DNA of 64,000 nt from Longimicrobiales bacterium (GCA_965202805.1 OZ241869.1:2400001-2464000); one strand, 5' to 3'; counted from the stretch's first letter, positions 28,928 through 39,966 are shown. Notes: generated from the sequence alone by a model not told the origin. A program made the numbers and translations.

Positions 28928-31303
28928 TCAGTCCTGGGCCTGTGCGGCCTGAATCGCTTGCCAAACCCGCTCCGAAGTGGCGGGCATCTCCATGTGGGTC
29001 ACCCCCAGCGGGCTCAGCGCGTCGACCACCGCGTTGATCACCGCGGGCGGAACGCCGATGGAGCCGACCTCGCCGACTCCCTTCACGCCCAGGGGGTTGT
29101 GGGTGCAATGGGTCGTGTTGTGGTTGATGTTGAAGTTGGGCAGGTCGCCCGCACGCGGCATGGTGTAGTTCATGTACGAACCGGTCACCAGCTGACCTTC
29201 CGCGTCGTACTCGCAGTGCTCGAGCAGCGCCTGTCCGATGCCGTGGGCGAGGCCGCCGTGCAGCTGCCCGTTGACGATCATGGGGTTGATGATGCGCCCC
29301 ACGTCGTCGGCGCCGGTCACGCTCACCAGCTCCACCACGCCCGTCTCCGGGTCCACCTCCACCTCGGCGATGTGGGTGCCGGCGGGGAAGGTGAAGTTGA
29401 GCGGGTCGTAGAACGCGGTCTCCTCGAGTCCGGGCTCGAGGCCCTCGGGATAGTTGTGGGGCACGTAGGCCGTCAGCGCGACTTCGCCGATGCTCTTGGA
29501 GCGGTCCGTCCCGGCCACGGTGAAGTTGCCGTCGGCGAACTCGATGTCTTCCTCGGACGCTTCCAACAGATGGGCGGCGATCTTCCTGCCCTTGGCGATG
29601 ACCTTCTGCACCGCGTTGTAGATGGCGGTGCCGCCCACCGCCAGCGAGCGCGACCCGTAGGTGCCCATGCCGAAGGGGATGGCGTTGGTGTCGCCGTGCA
29701 CCACGTCGACGGCCTCGAAGTCCACCCCCAGCGTCTCGGCGACGATCTGGGCGAAGGTGGTCTCATGGCCCTGGCCGTGGCTGTGCGTGCCGGTGAAGAC
29801 CGACACCGAGCCCGTGGGGTGCACGCGCACGCTGCCTACCTCGTACAGCCCGGCGCGCGCGCCCAGCGACCCCACCACCGCCGAGGGCGCGATGCCGCAC
29901 GCCTCGATGAAGGTGGAGATGCCGATGCCCCGCAGCTTCCCGCGGCTGGCCGCCTCGTTCCGGCGCGCCTCGAAGCCGTCCCAGTCCGACGCCTCGAGCG
30001 CCAGGTCGAGGGTGGCGTCGTAGTCGCCCTGGTCGTACTGGAGCGCGACCGGGGTCTGGTAGGGGAACTCGCGGATGAAGTTGCGGCGCCGGATGTCGAC
30101 CCGGTCGATGCCGGTCGCGGCCGCGGCCTTGTCGACCAGGCGCTCGAGCAGGTAGGTGGCCTCGGGCCGCCCCGCCCCCCTCAGCGCGTCGACCGGCACG
30201 GTGTTCGTGAACACCCCCTCGACCTCCACGTAGATGGCGGGGGTCGTGTAGGGCCCCGCGAACAGGATGCCGTACAGGTAGGTGGGCACGCAGGTCGCGA
30301 AGGTGGACAGGTACGCGCCCAGGTTGGCCTGGGTGGAGACCTTCAGCCCGACGAACTTGCCGTCCTCGTCGAGGCCCAGCGTGGCCGTGCTGATGTGGTC
30401 GCGGCCCTGGGTGTCGGAAACGAACGCCTCCGAGCGGTCCGAGGTCCACTTCACCGGCCTGGCCAGCCGGCCCGCGGTCCAGGTGAGGACCGCCTCTTCC
30501 GCGTAGTGCGGGATCTTCGACCCGAAGCCGCCCCCGACGTCGGGCGCCACGATGCGCAGCTTGTGCTCGGGCAGACCGAGCACGAAGGCGCCCAGCAGCA
30601 GCCGGATGAGGTGCGGGTTCTGGCTGGTGGTGTAGAGGGTGTACTCGCCCGTCGTCGGGTCGAAGTTGCCGATGGCGGCGCGCGGCTCGATCGCGTTGGG
30701 GACCAGCCGCTGGTTCACGACGTCGATGGAGACCACGTGGGCGGCGCCGTCGATGGCCGCCTCCGCGGCCGCCCGGTCCCCCACCTCCCAGTCGTAGCAC
30801 AGGTTGCCGTCGGCCTCGTCCCACACCAGCGGCGCGCCGTCCGCGCGGGCGGCGTCCAGCGAGGCGGCGGCGGGCAGCTCCTGGTAGTCGATGTCGATCA
30901 GGGCCGCCGCCTCGCGCGCCTGGTCGCGGGTCTCGGCGACCACGATGGCCACGATCTCGCCCACGTGGCGCACCTTGCCGATGGCCATCGCCGGGTGCGC
31001 CGGCTCCACCATGGGCGAGCCGTCCTTCGAGTGGATCAGCCACCCGGTCGGGACGCCGCCCACCCCCTCCATGTCGGGTCCGGTGAACACGGCGTGCACG
31101 CCCGGCGCCGCCTCCGCCGCGCTGGTGTCGACGCTCCCCAGGTTGGCGTGCGCGACCGTCGAGCGCAGCAGGTGGGCGTACAGCTGCCCGGGCAGGTTGA
31201 TGTCGTCGGTGTAGCGTCCGCGCCCCGTCAGGAAGCGGGCGTCCTCCTTGCGCTTCAGGCTCGCGCCGATGAAGCCGGTTCCGTTGCTTCCGTTGTCGCT
31301 CAT
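28928..31303 (-). CDS. coxL: CoxL/CutL molybdopterin large subunit, form II / putative CODH-like
   Basis: [24 protein letters not shown], active-site loop ALRGAGR, HGQGHET, KGVGE; ATGA overlap with coxS. Confidence 0.9.
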   Translation of the reverse strand: MSDNGSNGTGFIGASLKRKEDARFLTGRGRYTDDINLPGQLYAHLLRSTVAHANLGSVDTSAAEAAPGVHAVFTGPDMEGVGGVPTGWLIHSKDGSPMVEPAHPAMAIGKVRHVGEIVAIVVAETRDQAREAAALIDIDYQELPAAASLDAARADGAPLVWDEADGNLCYDWEVGDRAAAEAAIDGAAHVVSIDVVNQRLVPNAIEPRAAIGNFDPTTGEYTLYTTSQNPHLIRLLLGAFVLGLPEHKLRIVAPDVGGGFGSKIPHYAEEAVLTWTAGRLARPVKWTSDRSEAFVSDTQGRDHISTATLGLDEDGKFVGLKVSTQANLGAYLSTFATCVPTYLYGILFAGPYTTPAIYVEVEGVFTNTVPVDALRGAGRPEATYLLERLVDKAAAATGIDRVDIRRRNFIREFPYQTPVALQYDQGDYDATLDLALEASDWDGFEARRNEAASRGKLRGIGISTFIEACGIAPSAVVGSLGARAGLYEVGSVRVHPTGSVSVFTGTHSHGQGHETTFAQIVAETLGVDFEAVDVVHGDTNAIPFGMGTYGSRSLAVGGTAIYNAVQKVIAKGRKIAAHLLEASEEDIEFADGNFTVAGTDRSKSIGEVALTAYVPHNYPEGLEPGLEETAFYDPLNFTFPAGTHIAEVEVDPETGVVELVSVTGADDVGRIINPMIVNGQLHGGLAHGIGQALLEHCEYDAEGQLVTGSYMNYTMPRAGDLPNFNINHNTTHCTHNPLGVKGVGEVGSIGVPPAVINAVVDALSPLGVTHMEMPATSERVWQAIQAAQAQD

Positions 31304-31773
31304 GACCCACCTCCCATCGCGCTCGCGCCGGCCAGGACCGACTTCACGATGTTGTGGTAGCCGGTGCACCGGCAGAAGTTGCCGTCGAGCCAGTGCCGGA
31401 CGTCGCCTTCGCTCGGGTCCGGGTTGTTGTTCACCAGGTCGATCGCGCTCATCACCATCCCGGGCGTGCAGAACCCGCACTGCAGCCCGTGGTGCTCGCG
31501 GAAGGCCTCCTGCATCGGGTGCAGATCCGCCCCGTTGGCGAGCCCTTCGATCGTGGTCACCTCCGCCCCGTCGGCGTCCACCGCGAGAGCGGTACAGCTC
31601 TTCACCGACTGGCCGTTCATGTGAACGACGCAGGCCCCGCACTGGCTGGTGTCGCACCCCACGTGGGTCCCGGTCAGCTGCAGCTTTTCGCGCAGAAAGT
31701 CGACCAGGAGGGTGCGGCCCTCGACCTCAGCCGAGCGCGAGGCCCCGTTTACCGTCATCGTTACCGCGGGCAT
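31300..31773 (-). CDS. coxS: CoxS/CutS 2x[2Fe-2S] small subunit
   Basis: [10 protein letters not shown]...[24 protein letters not shown]. Confidence 0.95.
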   Translation of the reverse strand: MPAVTMTVNGASRSAEVEGRTLLVDFLREKLQLTGTHVGCDTSQCGACVVHMNGQSVKSCTALAVDADGAEVTTIEGLANGADLHPMQEAFREHHGLQCGFCTPGMVMSAIDLVNNNPDPSEGDVRHWLDGNFCRCTGYHNIVKSVLAGASAMGGGS

Positions 31774-32019
31774 CGAACCTCCTTGCCGGATGGGAGGGTT
31801 GCATTGGAACCAACAGGCTTCTCCAGCCGATGTTACGTCGGATGTCGAGGATGGCGCAAACTCTGATCGAGTCCGCCGGCGATCTTCCCCCGCACCAGCC
31901 GACGATCTTCCTCCGCAACCGCTGGCAACCGCGGCTCGCACCTGTCGATGATCTTTGTTCGAGGCCGGCCCCTGCCTACCTTGGCGGGGACATCCCAGCA
32001 AATCGTCAGGAGGAACGAG

Positions 32020-33090
32020 ATGGCCCGCACACGCAAGGCAAGGTGGATGCTTTTCGCCCTGGTGATTGCCGCAAACACCGTTTCAATGACCGCGCACGCG
32101 GGCGCGCAGGAGCCGGCGGCCTGGCGCGCCGGAGAGGAACTGGTCTTCCACACCTTCTCGATCGCGGCGATCGATCCCGCGACCGGGGAGTCGGGGGTGG
32201 CGGTCACCACCCGCAACGCCTGCGTGGGCAACGGCGTGCCCTGGGTGCGCAAGGGGGTGGGCGCGGTGGCGACCCAGGCGGCCACCCGCACCGAATACGG
32301 CTACGAGCTCCTCGACTTGATGGAGCAGGGGGTATCGCCGGAGGAGGCCCTGACCCGGCGCCTGGCGGAAGACGAGAACGCCGCCCGGCGCCAGATCGGC
32401 GTCATCGGCGTGGACGGCCGTTCGACCCAGCACACCGGAACCAACAGCCGGTGGGCCGGCCACCGCGCGGGCCCGAGCTACGTCGCCCAGGGCAACACGC
32501 TGGTCGGGCCCGAGGTGATCGACGCCGTGGCCGGGAGCTTCGAGTCCACCGAGGGCACGGCCCGCCACCTGGCCGACCGTCTCATCGAGGCGCTGCAGGC
32601 CGGACATCTGGTGGGCGGGGACGCGCGCCACGGCGAGGCCCAGTCCGCCGCGGTCATCGTCGCCGATCCGCGCCCGGGGATGGCCCGCCGGGAGGACGGC
32701 CTCACCGTCCAGATCAACGTCTGCGAGCACGAGGACCCGCTCGCCGAGATGCGCCGCATCTACGACAACATCTCCGAGACCCTCGGCTTCCGCACGCTCC
32801 AGCAGGAGATCGGCCGCGACGTGTACCAGCTCAAGCTCATGCTGCACGAGCTGGGCCATTTCCGCCCCGACGCCGACGATGTCTCGCCCGAGGATGAGGA
32901 CTGGAACGTCTACACCCAGGAAGCCGTGGATGCCGTCGACGCGTATCGGGCCGCGCAGGGATGGCGCACGACGGTCCCGGGGTATGTCGACGCGGCAACC
33001 ATCGAACGCCTCTGGAGCCAGTTGGAGGAGGAAGGGAGGGCCGAGGACGTCCGCAGACGCCTGCTGGAGGTCCAGCGCATTCGGAGATAG
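32020..33090 (+). CDS. DUF1028 (Ntn-hydrolase-like) secreted protein with a C-terminal peptidoglycan-binding-like domain
   Basis: [45 protein letters not shown]. Confidence 0.85.
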   Translation: MARTRKARWMLFALVIAANTVSMTAHAGAQEPAAWRAGEELVFHTFSIAAIDPATGESGVAVTTRNACVGNGVPWVRKGVGAVATQAATRTEYGYELLDLMEQGVSPEEALTRRLAEDENAARRQIGVIGVDGRSTQHTGTNSRWAGHRAGPSYVAQGNTLVGPEVIDAVAGSFESTEGTARHLADRLIEALQAGHLVGGDARHGEAQSAAVIVADPRPGMARREDGLTVQINVCEHEDPLAEMRRIYDNISETLGFRTLQQEIGRDVYQLKLMLHELGHFRPDADDVSPEDEDWNVYTQEAVDAVDAYRAAQGWRTTVPGYVDAATIERLWSQLEEEGRAEDVRRRLLEVQRIRR

Positions 33091-33106
33091 GCCGGAGGCC
33101 ATATTC

Positions 33107-33123
33107 CCATATCATCGATATGG
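33107..33123. promoter_or_regulatory. Putative operator upstream of the ABC operon
   Basis: CCATATC-atc-GATATGG within a longer AT-rich imperfect palindrome. Confidence 0.45.
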
Positions 33124-33149
33124 AAAGCCATATGAGGCCACAGGAGACG

Positions 33150-33956
33150 ATGACGAGCGATGTCCGCACGCGCCCGGCGGAGGTTCGGCCGGCGGTGCCG
33201 GCGCTGGCCCTCGCCCTCGCCACGTGCCTGCTGGCCGCCGCCCCCACCCCCGCCCCCGCCGCGGCCCAGACCGACCCGGAGGTGCTAGCCATCATCGACG
33301 AGGTCGACCGCCTCATGCGCGGCGAGTCGAGCACGGGCCGCATGCGCATGGAGATCGACACCGAGAACTGGTCGCGGTCGCTGGAGATGCGGGTCTGGTC
33401 GCTCGGGACCGAGCACTCGCTGATTCGCGTGGAGAGCCCGCCGCGCGAGGCCGGCACCGCCACCCTCAAGGTCGAAAACGAGGTCTGGAACTACCTGCCG
33501 CGGGCCGACCGGACCATCAGGATCCCGCCCTCGATGATGCTCGGCTCGTGGATGGGCTCGCATTTCACCAACGACGACCTGGTGAAGGAAAGCCGCATCA
33601 TCGAGGACTACGACATCGTCATCTCCTTCGAAGGGGCGCGCGACGGCGACGAGGTCTGGGAGTTCACCCTGACGCCCAAACCGGAGGCGCCGGTGATCTG
33701 GGGGCGCATCGAGCAGGCGATCCGCAAGCGCGACCGCATGCCGCTGTGGGCGCGCTACTTCGACGAGGACGGCACTCTCTCGCGCACCATCACCTTCTCG
33801 GATTTCGGTCCCATGGGCGGGCGCACCGTGCCCGCGCGCACGATCATCGAACCCGCCGACGGCGACGAGCGGACGGTGGTCACCTACCTGGAGCTCGAGT
33901 TCGACATCGATGTCGACGAGGGCTTCTTCAGCCTGCGCAACCTGCGGGCGCGCTGA
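33150..33956 (+). CDS. Outer-membrane lipoprotein-sorting protein (LolA-like)
   Basis: Signal peptide; P.RE.GT..LK....WNYLP...RTI.IPPSMM..SWMGSHFTNDDL; F..RNL end; start uncertain (33120-33150). Confidence 0.85.
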   Translation: MTSDVRTRPAEVRPAVPALALALATCLLAAAPTPAPAAAQTDPEVLAIIDEVDRLMRGESSTGRMRMEIDTENWSRSLEMRVWSLGTEHSLIRVESPPREAGTATLKVENEVWNYLPRADRTIRIPPSMMLGSWMGSHFTNDDLVKESRIIEDYDIVISFEGARDGDEVWEFTLTPKPEAPVIWGRIEQAIRKRDRMPLWARYFDEDGTLSRTITFSDFGPMGGRTVPARTIIEPADGDERTVVTYLELEFDIDVDEGFFSLRNLRAR

Positions 33957-33966
33957 CGAAGGCCAT

Positions 33967-35229
33967 ATGAGCCACGCCGCGGGCCGCATCTGGTGGCGCA
34001 TCGCCTGGCGCAACATGTGGCGCAACCGGCGTCGCACCCTGCTCACCGCGTCGGCGCTCGCCTTCGGGTTCGTGGCCTCCGTGCTCATGATCGGATACAT
34101 GCACGGGATGCTGGAGGAGATGATCTCCAACGGGACCGGGGTGGCAACCGGCCAGGTCCGGATCCATGCCGAGGACTACGAGCCCGAACGCAGCATCCAC
34201 GACACCATGGGAGGCCGCGAGGGTCTCGACGTGGACGCGCTGCTCGCCGCCGTGGATGCGCGGCAGGGAGTCACGGGCGCGGCCCCGCGGCTGTACGGTG
34301 GTGGCCTGGTCAGCTCGGGGGACGAGACCGCCGGGGCGGTGCTCATGGGCGTCGACGCCGCCCGCGAGGAGGCGGTGAGCCGCTTCGGGAGCGCCTTGAC
34401 CCATGGGCGCATGCCGGGGCCCGGCGAGATCCTGTTGGGCGACGGGATGGCGGAAACGGTCGGAGCCGGCGTGGGCGACGAAGTCGTGCTGGTGGCTCCC
34501 GCGGCCGACGGCTCCACCGGCAACGACCTCTTCACCGTCTCGGGCATCTTCGGCGTCGGCGTGGGGGCGTTCGACGACGCCTACGCCCTGCTCGAGATGG
34601 GCTCGCTCGCGGAGCTGATGGCGATGGGCCCCGGGCGCATCCACGAGGTGGCGGTGGCGGTGGAGCGCATTCGCGAGCCCGAAGCCACGACAGTGGCGAT
34701 CCGCGAGGCCGTGTCGGCGGTGTCGCCGGGGCTGCGCACCGAGTCGTGGCGGGTATTCCTCGACCAGCTCTACTTCATCGTCGAGTACGCCAACGCGGTG
34801 AACCTCTGGGTCGCGGCGTTCATCTTCGGGATGGCGGCCTTCGGGGTGGCCAACGCGATGCTGCTGGCGACCTTCGAGCGGCGCCGCGAGTTCGCGGTCG
34901 CGCGGGCGCTGGGGACCTCGGGCGGCGGGATCGGCCGGGTCGTGATCTACGAGGGCATCCTGCTGGGGCTCATCTCGCTCGCGGCGGGGGTCCTGCTGGC
35001 CGCGCCGCTGATGATCTACATCCACAACAACCCCATCGACCTGAGCGGCTCGGTCGGCACCTACTCCTTCGCCGGTTCGGCCGTGCGGCCGCTGCTCACC
35101 GTGGAGTACTCCTGGCGGGGGCCCGTGGTGAGCGGCCTCGCCCTGGTGGCCACCGGGATCGTCGCCGCCCTGATCCCCGCCTGGCGGGCCGTGCGCGTGC
35201 CTCCCGCCGACGCGCTGGCGAACCGCTGA
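33967..35229 (+). CDS. ABC transporter permease, LolC/E-FtsX family
   Basis: IAWRNMWRNRRRTLLT, ERRREFAV.RALG, PAWRA.R..P.DAL. Confidence 0.9.
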   Translation: MSHAAGRIWWRIAWRNMWRNRRRTLLTASALAFGFVASVLMIGYMHGMLEEMISNGTGVATGQVRIHAEDYEPERSIHDTMGGREGLDVDALLAAVDARQGVTGAAPRLYGGGLVSSGDETAGAVLMGVDAAREEAVSRFGSALTHGRMPGPGEILLGDGMAETVGAGVGDEVVLVAPAADGSTGNDLFTVSGIFGVGVGAFDDAYALLEMGSLAELMAMGPGRIHEVAVAVERIREPEATTVAIREAVSAVSPGLRTESWRVFLDQLYFIVEYANAVNLWVAAFIFGMAAFGVANAMLLATFERRREFAVARALGTSGGGIGRVVIYEGILLGLISLAAGVLLAAPLMIYIHNNPIDLSGSVGTYSFAGSAVRPLLTVEYSWRGPVVSGLALVATGIVAALIPAWRAVRVPPADALANR

Positions 35230-36482
35230 TGGCCCGCCTGCGCACCCTCCTCCGGCTCGCGTTGCGCAACCTCGGCCGCGAACTGCGGCGCAGCACCCTC
35301 ACCGCGGCGGCCATGGCGCTCGGGCTGGCGCTGCTCGTCCTCTCCCGAACCCTGGCCGACGGCGCGCACGAGGACTGGATCGATGCCGGCGTGAGGCTGG
35401 GGTCGGGACACGTCACCTTCAACGCGCCCGGCTACCGCGACGGCCGCAGCCTGGACGACCGCCTCTCGGCGGCGCAGCTCGAGACAACGCTCGCAGCCGT
35501 GGCCGGGACCGCCCCCCGAAGCACCGCGCTGCCGTCGGTGCGGGTCGCGGTCCGGGGGCTGGCGTCGTCTCCCGACGGAGCCCTTCCCGTGTCGATCGTG
35601 GGCGTGAATCCCACCGTCGAGCCGGCGTTTTCGCGACTCGGCGAGGAAGTGGTCGAGGGCCGCTACCTCGAGGAAGGCGACCGCCTGCACGCTTACATCG
35701 GCGCCTCGCTCGCGGGGCGGCTGGACCTCGGCACGGGATCGCGCATGGTGCTGACGGCGCAGTCCGCCTCGGGCGACATCGAGGGTCAACTGGTGCGCGT
35801 CGCGGGCATCTTCCGGACGAACGTCGAGGCGCTGGACGAGGCGCTGATCCACATCCCGCTCGCGACCGCGCGCTCGTGGCTGGGGGTGGAGGGCGCCACC
35901 AGCGTGGCGGTGCTCCTGCCGCACTCGTCCCTCACCGACCCGGTCGTCGAGCAGGCCGCCGAGGCCGTGCGCGCCGCCGGAATCGAGGTCGTGGGGTGGC
36001 CCGTCACCAACCCGGACCTGTACGCAGCGCTCCAGCTCGACGACGGAGGCGACTGGGCCTTCCACGTCATCCTCTTCATCATCGTGGCCATCGCCATCCT
36101 CAACGCCGTCTTCATGTCGGTGCTGCACCGCAAGCGCGAGATGGGGCTCCTGCGGGCGCTCGGCCTGAGCGGGCGGGAGACGGGGCTCGTCGTCTACCTC
36201 GAGGGGATTCTGCTCACGGCCGCCGCCGGCGTCGCAGGCGCGGTGCTCGGGTTCGCGGTGGTGTGGTTCTTCTTCCGCGACGGGATCGACTTCTCGGGGA
36301 TGATGCCGGAGGACATCATTTTCGGGGGCATCGCCTTCGATCCGGTGATGGTGCCCTCGATGGAGATGAAGCACGTGGTGCAGAGCGCGATCCTCACGGC
36401 ACTCATCGGTGTGTCGGCGTCCCTCTTCCCGGCATGGCACGCGGCCCGCCTGGACCCGGCCGAGTCGGTCAAGGTGGAATAG
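35229..36482 (+). CDS. ABC transporter permease, LolC/E-FtsX family
   Basis: LALRNLGRELRRS, RKREMGLLRALG, PAWHAARLDPAE; ATG overlaps the previous stop. Confidence 0.88.
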   Translation: MARLRTLLRLALRNLGRELRRSTLTAAAMALGLALLVLSRTLADGAHEDWIDAGVRLGSGHVTFNAPGYRDGRSLDDRLSAAQLETTLAAVAGTAPRSTALPSVRVAVRGLASSPDGALPVSIVGVNPTVEPAFSRLGEEVVEGRYLEEGDRLHAYIGASLAGRLDLGTGSRMVLTAQSASGDIEGQLVRVAGIFRTNVEALDEALIHIPLATARSWLGVEGATSVAVLLPHSSLTDPVVEQAAEAVRAAGIEVVGWPVTNPDLYAALQLDDGGDWAFHVILFIIVAIAILNAVFMSVLHRKREMGLLRALGLSGRETGLVVYLEGILLTAAAGVAGAVLGFAVVWFFFRDGIDFSGMMPEDIIFGGIAFDPVMVPSMEMKHVVQSAILTALIGVSASLFPAWHAARLDPAESVKVE

Positions 36483-37253
36483 ATGGCGGGGGAGGCGGGT
36501 CGGATGGCGACGAATGCGGCGACGAGGTCCGCGGCCGACCGCTCGGGGCCTGACGGGCCCGCGGACCATGCGGTTCGAACCGAGAACCTCTGGAAGATCT
36601 ATCCGCAGGAGCCCCGGCCGGTGGAGGCGGTGCGCGGGGTCGACCTCGTCGTGGATCGCGGCGAGTTCGTGGCGATGGCGGGCCCGTCGGGCTCCGGCAA
36701 GACCACGGTGCTGAACCTGCTGGGGGGCCTGACGCGGCCCACGCGCGGAAGCGTCCGGGTCGGCGGTCTGGAGCTCTCGGCGCTGCCGGACCGGGAGCTG
36801 GCCGCGGTGCGCCGGGACCACATCGGCTTCGTCTTCCAGTCCTACAACCTCCTGCCCATGCTGAGCGCGCTGGAGAACGCCGAATTCACACTGCTGCTTC
36901 AGGGCGTGCCCGCGCGCGAGCGGCGCGAACGGGTGCTGCGGCTGTTCCGCGAGATCGGGCTGGAGGGGATGGAGCACCGGCGGCCGCTCAAGCTCTCCGG
37001 CGGCCAGCAGCAGCGGGTGGCGGTGGCACGCGCCGTGCTCGGGGAGCCGGCGCTGGTGCTCGCCGACGAACCCACCGCCAACCTGGATTCAACCACCGCC
37101 GAGGCGCTCCTCGACGTGATGCAGCAGCTCAACCGCGACAAGGGCACCACCTTCGTCTTCTCGACCCACGACCCCCGGGTGATGAAGCGCGCGGGCCGGC
37201 TGATCCGGCTGGTGGACGGGCGGATCGCGGAGGATGTGGTGCGGGGTGGGTAG
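36483..37253 (+). CDS. ABC transporter ATP-binding protein, LolD/MacB-like
   Basis: GPSGSGKT, FVFQSYNL, LSGGQQQRVA, LADEPTANLD, STHD. Confidence 0.95.
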   Translation: MAGEAGRMATNAATRSAADRSGPDGPADHAVRTENLWKIYPQEPRPVEAVRGVDLVVDRGEFVAMAGPSGSGKTTVLNLLGGLTRPTRGSVRVGGLELSALPDRELAAVRRDHIGFVFQSYNLLPMLSALENAEFTLLLQGVPARERRERVLRLFREIGLEGMEHRRPLKLSGGQQQRVAVARAVLGEPALVLADEPTANLDSTTAEALLDVMQQLNRDKGTTFVFSTHDPRVMKRAGRLIRLVDGRIAEDVVRGG

Positions 37254-38436
37254 GGTCGTCCTCGCTCTCCTTCATCTCGTCGCTTCATTCGCCGCGCCGG
37301 CCGCCGCCCAGCAGCCGGGCCTCTCCGGCTACTACCTGAACGTCGCCACGCATGTGCAGGAGAGCGTGCTCGGGCCGGCAGGCGCGTCGGATGTGCAGCG
37401 CCTGCGCCTCATGTGGAACGCGTCGCCCGGGCCGGTGCGCCTGGACGCCGCGTACGAGCAAGCCCTGACGCTGCGTCAGGCCGGCGCGCCCGGCGCGCAG
37501 CTCTTCACCGCGGCCGGGGCGGTCTCGGGAGGAGACTGGTTCTCGCTGGGCGGCGAGTTCCACTCCGGCGAGCGCGCGGTGTGGCGGCACCGGTTCGACC
37601 GGCTGAACCTCCGCCTCGACCTGGGCGGCAGCGCCGACCTCACCGTCGGCCGGCAGCCGGTGTCATGGGCAACCACCCTCGTGCTCACCCCCGCCGACCC
37701 CTTCTCCCCCTTCGACCCGGCCGATCCCTTCCGCGAGTACCGAATCGGGGTGGACGCCGCGCGCCTCCGCTATTACCGCGGGGCGTTCACCCAGTTCGAG
37801 GTCGTCGCCCGCCCCGCCCGCATCGCCGAGCGCGAGACGCTCACCCTGCTCGGGCGCGCGAGCACCAACGCCGCCGGCTGGGACGCGGGGGGATGGGCGG
37901 GCATGGTCCACGACACCTTCGGCGCGGCGGCCTTCCTGAGCGGCGCCGTGGGGCTGTGGGCGCTCAGGGCCGAAGCGGCCGTGCGCGACCTGGACGGCCG
38001 GACGTCGCTGCGCGCCGCCATCGGGCTCGACCGCACCTTCCCGATCGCGGAACGCGACCTGTACATCGTCATCGAGTACCAGCACGACGGCCTGGGCGCG
38101 ACATCCCCGGACGAGCTCCTCGCCGGCGCGAACAGCCGCGCCTTCGCCCAGAGCGAGATGCAGGTCCTCGGCCGCGACACGGGCGTGCTCCAGCTCTCGT
38201 ACCCGCTGCACCCGCTGGTGTCGGCGAGCGCGCTCTGGCTGGGGAGTCTGCGCGACGGATCGTTCCTCGTGTCCCCGGGGCTCGGCTACTCGGCGACGGA
38301 GAGTCTGGCGCTCCGGCTGGGCGCGTTCTTCGGCCTCGGTGACGAGCCGGTGGCCAGCGGTCCCGCGTGGGCGCTCACATCCGAATACGGCGCCCTGCCG
38401 CGCGTGCTGTTCGTGTCGGCGAACTGGTTCTTCTAG
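37234..38436 (+). CDS. Putative outer-membrane beta-barrel associated with the ABC operon
   Basis: Signal peptide, GRQ..SW...P.D.F.PF, G.DA.R, terminal aromatic WFF. Confidence 0.65.
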   Translation: MWCGVGRVVLALLHLVASFAAPAAAQQPGLSGYYLNVATHVQESVLGPAGASDVQRLRLMWNASPGPVRLDAAYEQALTLRQAGAPGAQLFTAAGAVSGGDWFSLGGEFHSGERAVWRHRFDRLNLRLDLGGSADLTVGRQPVSWATTLVLTPADPFSPFDPADPFREYRIGVDAARLRYYRGAFTQFEVVARPARIAERETLTLLGRASTNAAGWDAGGWAGMVHDTFGAAAFLSGAVGLWALRAEAAVRDLDGRTSLRAAIGLDRTFPIAERDLYIVIEYQHDGLGATSPDELLAGANSRAFAQSEMQVLGRDTGVLQLSYPLHPLVSASALWLGSLRDGSFLVSPGLGYSATESLALRLGAFFGLGDEPVASGPAWALTSEYGALPRVLFVSANWFF

Positions 38437-38696
38437 CCCGAACAGTCCCCGGTGGGCAGATGGAGCCGACCGCGACACCACATTACCAACTGACGGTCCA
38501 TCAGGCTCTGCACCTGCTTCAGGGATTCCTCATGCCGGGCGCCGTAGTGCTCCGACGCGGTGTGAAGACAGTGCGCGCAGGTGACATCGCTCACACTGCC
38601 CGTATGGAGGTTGATCTCGTCCCCGGAACACCAGGCGCTCGTCGCATCATCGGGATCCCGCAAGAGATGCACCGGTTCCGCTCCCATGGAGTTCAT
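38433..38696 (-). CDS. Small Cys/His protein, possible zinc-binding
   Basis: Strong GGAGGAGG RBS before MNSMGAEP; VH...WC...VTCAHC. Confidence 0.5.
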   Translation of the reverse strand: MNSMGAEPVHLLRDPDDATSAWCSGDEINLHTGSVSDVTCAHCLHTASEHYGARHEESLKQVQSLMDRQLVMWCRGRLHLPTGDCSG

Positions 38697-39144
38697 GATG
38701 TCCTCCTCCCGCTCGACCGGAGACCGCAATGGTGCTTTTGCGCCTTAAAGATAGCGATTTTCGTATGTACGTAGTGTGTATAAACCCTGCTATTTTCATG
38801 TTGAAATCATGTATTGGCCGAGATTCCCATGTGAAAGCCTCGGCGACCGCCAGGGTTGGCGAGATCGATCCGTAGGCCAGCGGTGAAAGCGCGGCACGTG
38901 TCGGCGATACCATCCAGGTCAGCTGGAGCGCCGTGACGGACGATGATTCGCAATTCCGGGTCGTCGCCCGGGTCGCGCCCGCCTCTCCGGGTGGTGCGAG
39001 CCTGTGGGTTGTCCTCTCAGGGAGTGAGCGGCACCTGATCCGGGCGGGGGGTGAGGTGCGTTGAGGGCCGGGGGCCGGGTTGCGCTGGATTCGTCGTACC
39101 GTCATCCGTATAATCGTTCCTTCCCGTCACCCTCAGGAGATCCC

Positions 39145-39825
39145 ATGAACGGACTCAGACTCTTCGCTACAGCTGCGCTGACGGCCCTGGTCTTCACCGC
39201 CTGCGACGATGGGCTTCCAGTGCGTGTGGAGCCGCCCCCACCGTCCATACCCGTGGGGACGATCTCCGGGTCGGTGACGATCGAAGGGACGGCTGCCGCC
39301 GGCGTCACCGCCACCCTCTCGTCCGGCCCCGGCACCACGACCGGATCGGGCGGCAACTTCGCTTTCGCGGCCGTGGAGGCCGGGACCTACGCGGTCACCA
39401 TCAGCGGCTTCCCCGAGGATGCGACGTTCGCGCAGGTGACGCAGCCCGCGACCATCTCCACGCGTGGGGAGAACGTCCAGCTCGCCTTCGACGGCGAGTA
39501 CGTCCGCTCCTCGGCGGTGGTCGGATCGGTCGTCGCGGCCAAAGCCATGATGAGCGGCAGCGACGGCCAGCCCGAGACGCTGGGCGGCGTGACGGTCACG
39601 CTGGGCGGCGAGCACGCCATGACCGACCCCGTGCAGACCGGCATGAACGGCGGCTTCGCGTTCACCGGGCTCCGCGCCGGCGCCTACACCGTCACCATCT
39701 CGGACTACCCCGAGGACGTCTCCTTCGAGACGGTGAGCGTCGAGCTCGTGGTCGGGGTCGGCGAGGTCGGCAGCGTCGGCTTCACGGGCCACTTCGTCCA
39801 CGCCGCCGCGGCCGAGGACGGGTGA
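39145..39825 (+). CDS. Lipoprotein with two carboxypeptidase-regulatory-like beta-sandwich domains
   Basis: AGGAG RBS, lipobox FTAC, duplicated G.F.F..L/V.AG.Y.VTIS..PED..F. Confidence 0.75.
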   Translation: MNGLRLFATAALTALVFTACDDGLPVRVEPPPPSIPVGTISGSVTIEGTAAAGVTATLSSGPGTTTGSGGNFAFAAVEAGTYAVTISGFPEDATFAQVTQPATISTRGENVQLAFDGEYVRSSAVVGSVVAAKAMMSGSDGQPETLGGVTVTLGGEHAMTDPVQTGMNGGFAFTGLRAGAYTVTISDYPEDVSFETVSVELVVGVGEVGSVGFTGHFVHAAAAEDG

Positions 39826-39919
39826 ACCGTCGGGGCCTGCCGGACCCCGGCTTTGTCGCGCCTCCCAAACAGGGGGCCCGTATTCCGCCGAGCGGCAGTC
39901 GTTGACGCAACCGCCTATA

Positions 39920-39966
39920 TGGCAGGTATATTTGCCACGTTATATTGGGCATTATGCGACAATATA
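39920..39966. promoter_or_regulatory. Two adjacent imperfect palindromes in an AT-rich promoter region
   Basis: TGGCA-ggtatatt-TGCCA and TATATTG-g-GCAT-t-ATGC-ga-CAATATA; TTGACG at 39902. Confidence 0.45.

Noticed and set aside
28121..31773. Bona fide form I aerobic CO dehydrogenase
   Set aside because: Lacks AYXCSFR and has S-L-M gene order
38798..39064. Plus-strand frame with an internal TAG (possible pseudogene or readthrough)
   Set aside because: No recognisable family or RBS; cannot be supported without a search
39920..39937. Sigma54 promoter (TGGCA...TTGC)
   Set aside because: GG-to-GC spacing is 11 rather than the required 10; a correctly spaced match near 5483 has no plus-strand gene downstream
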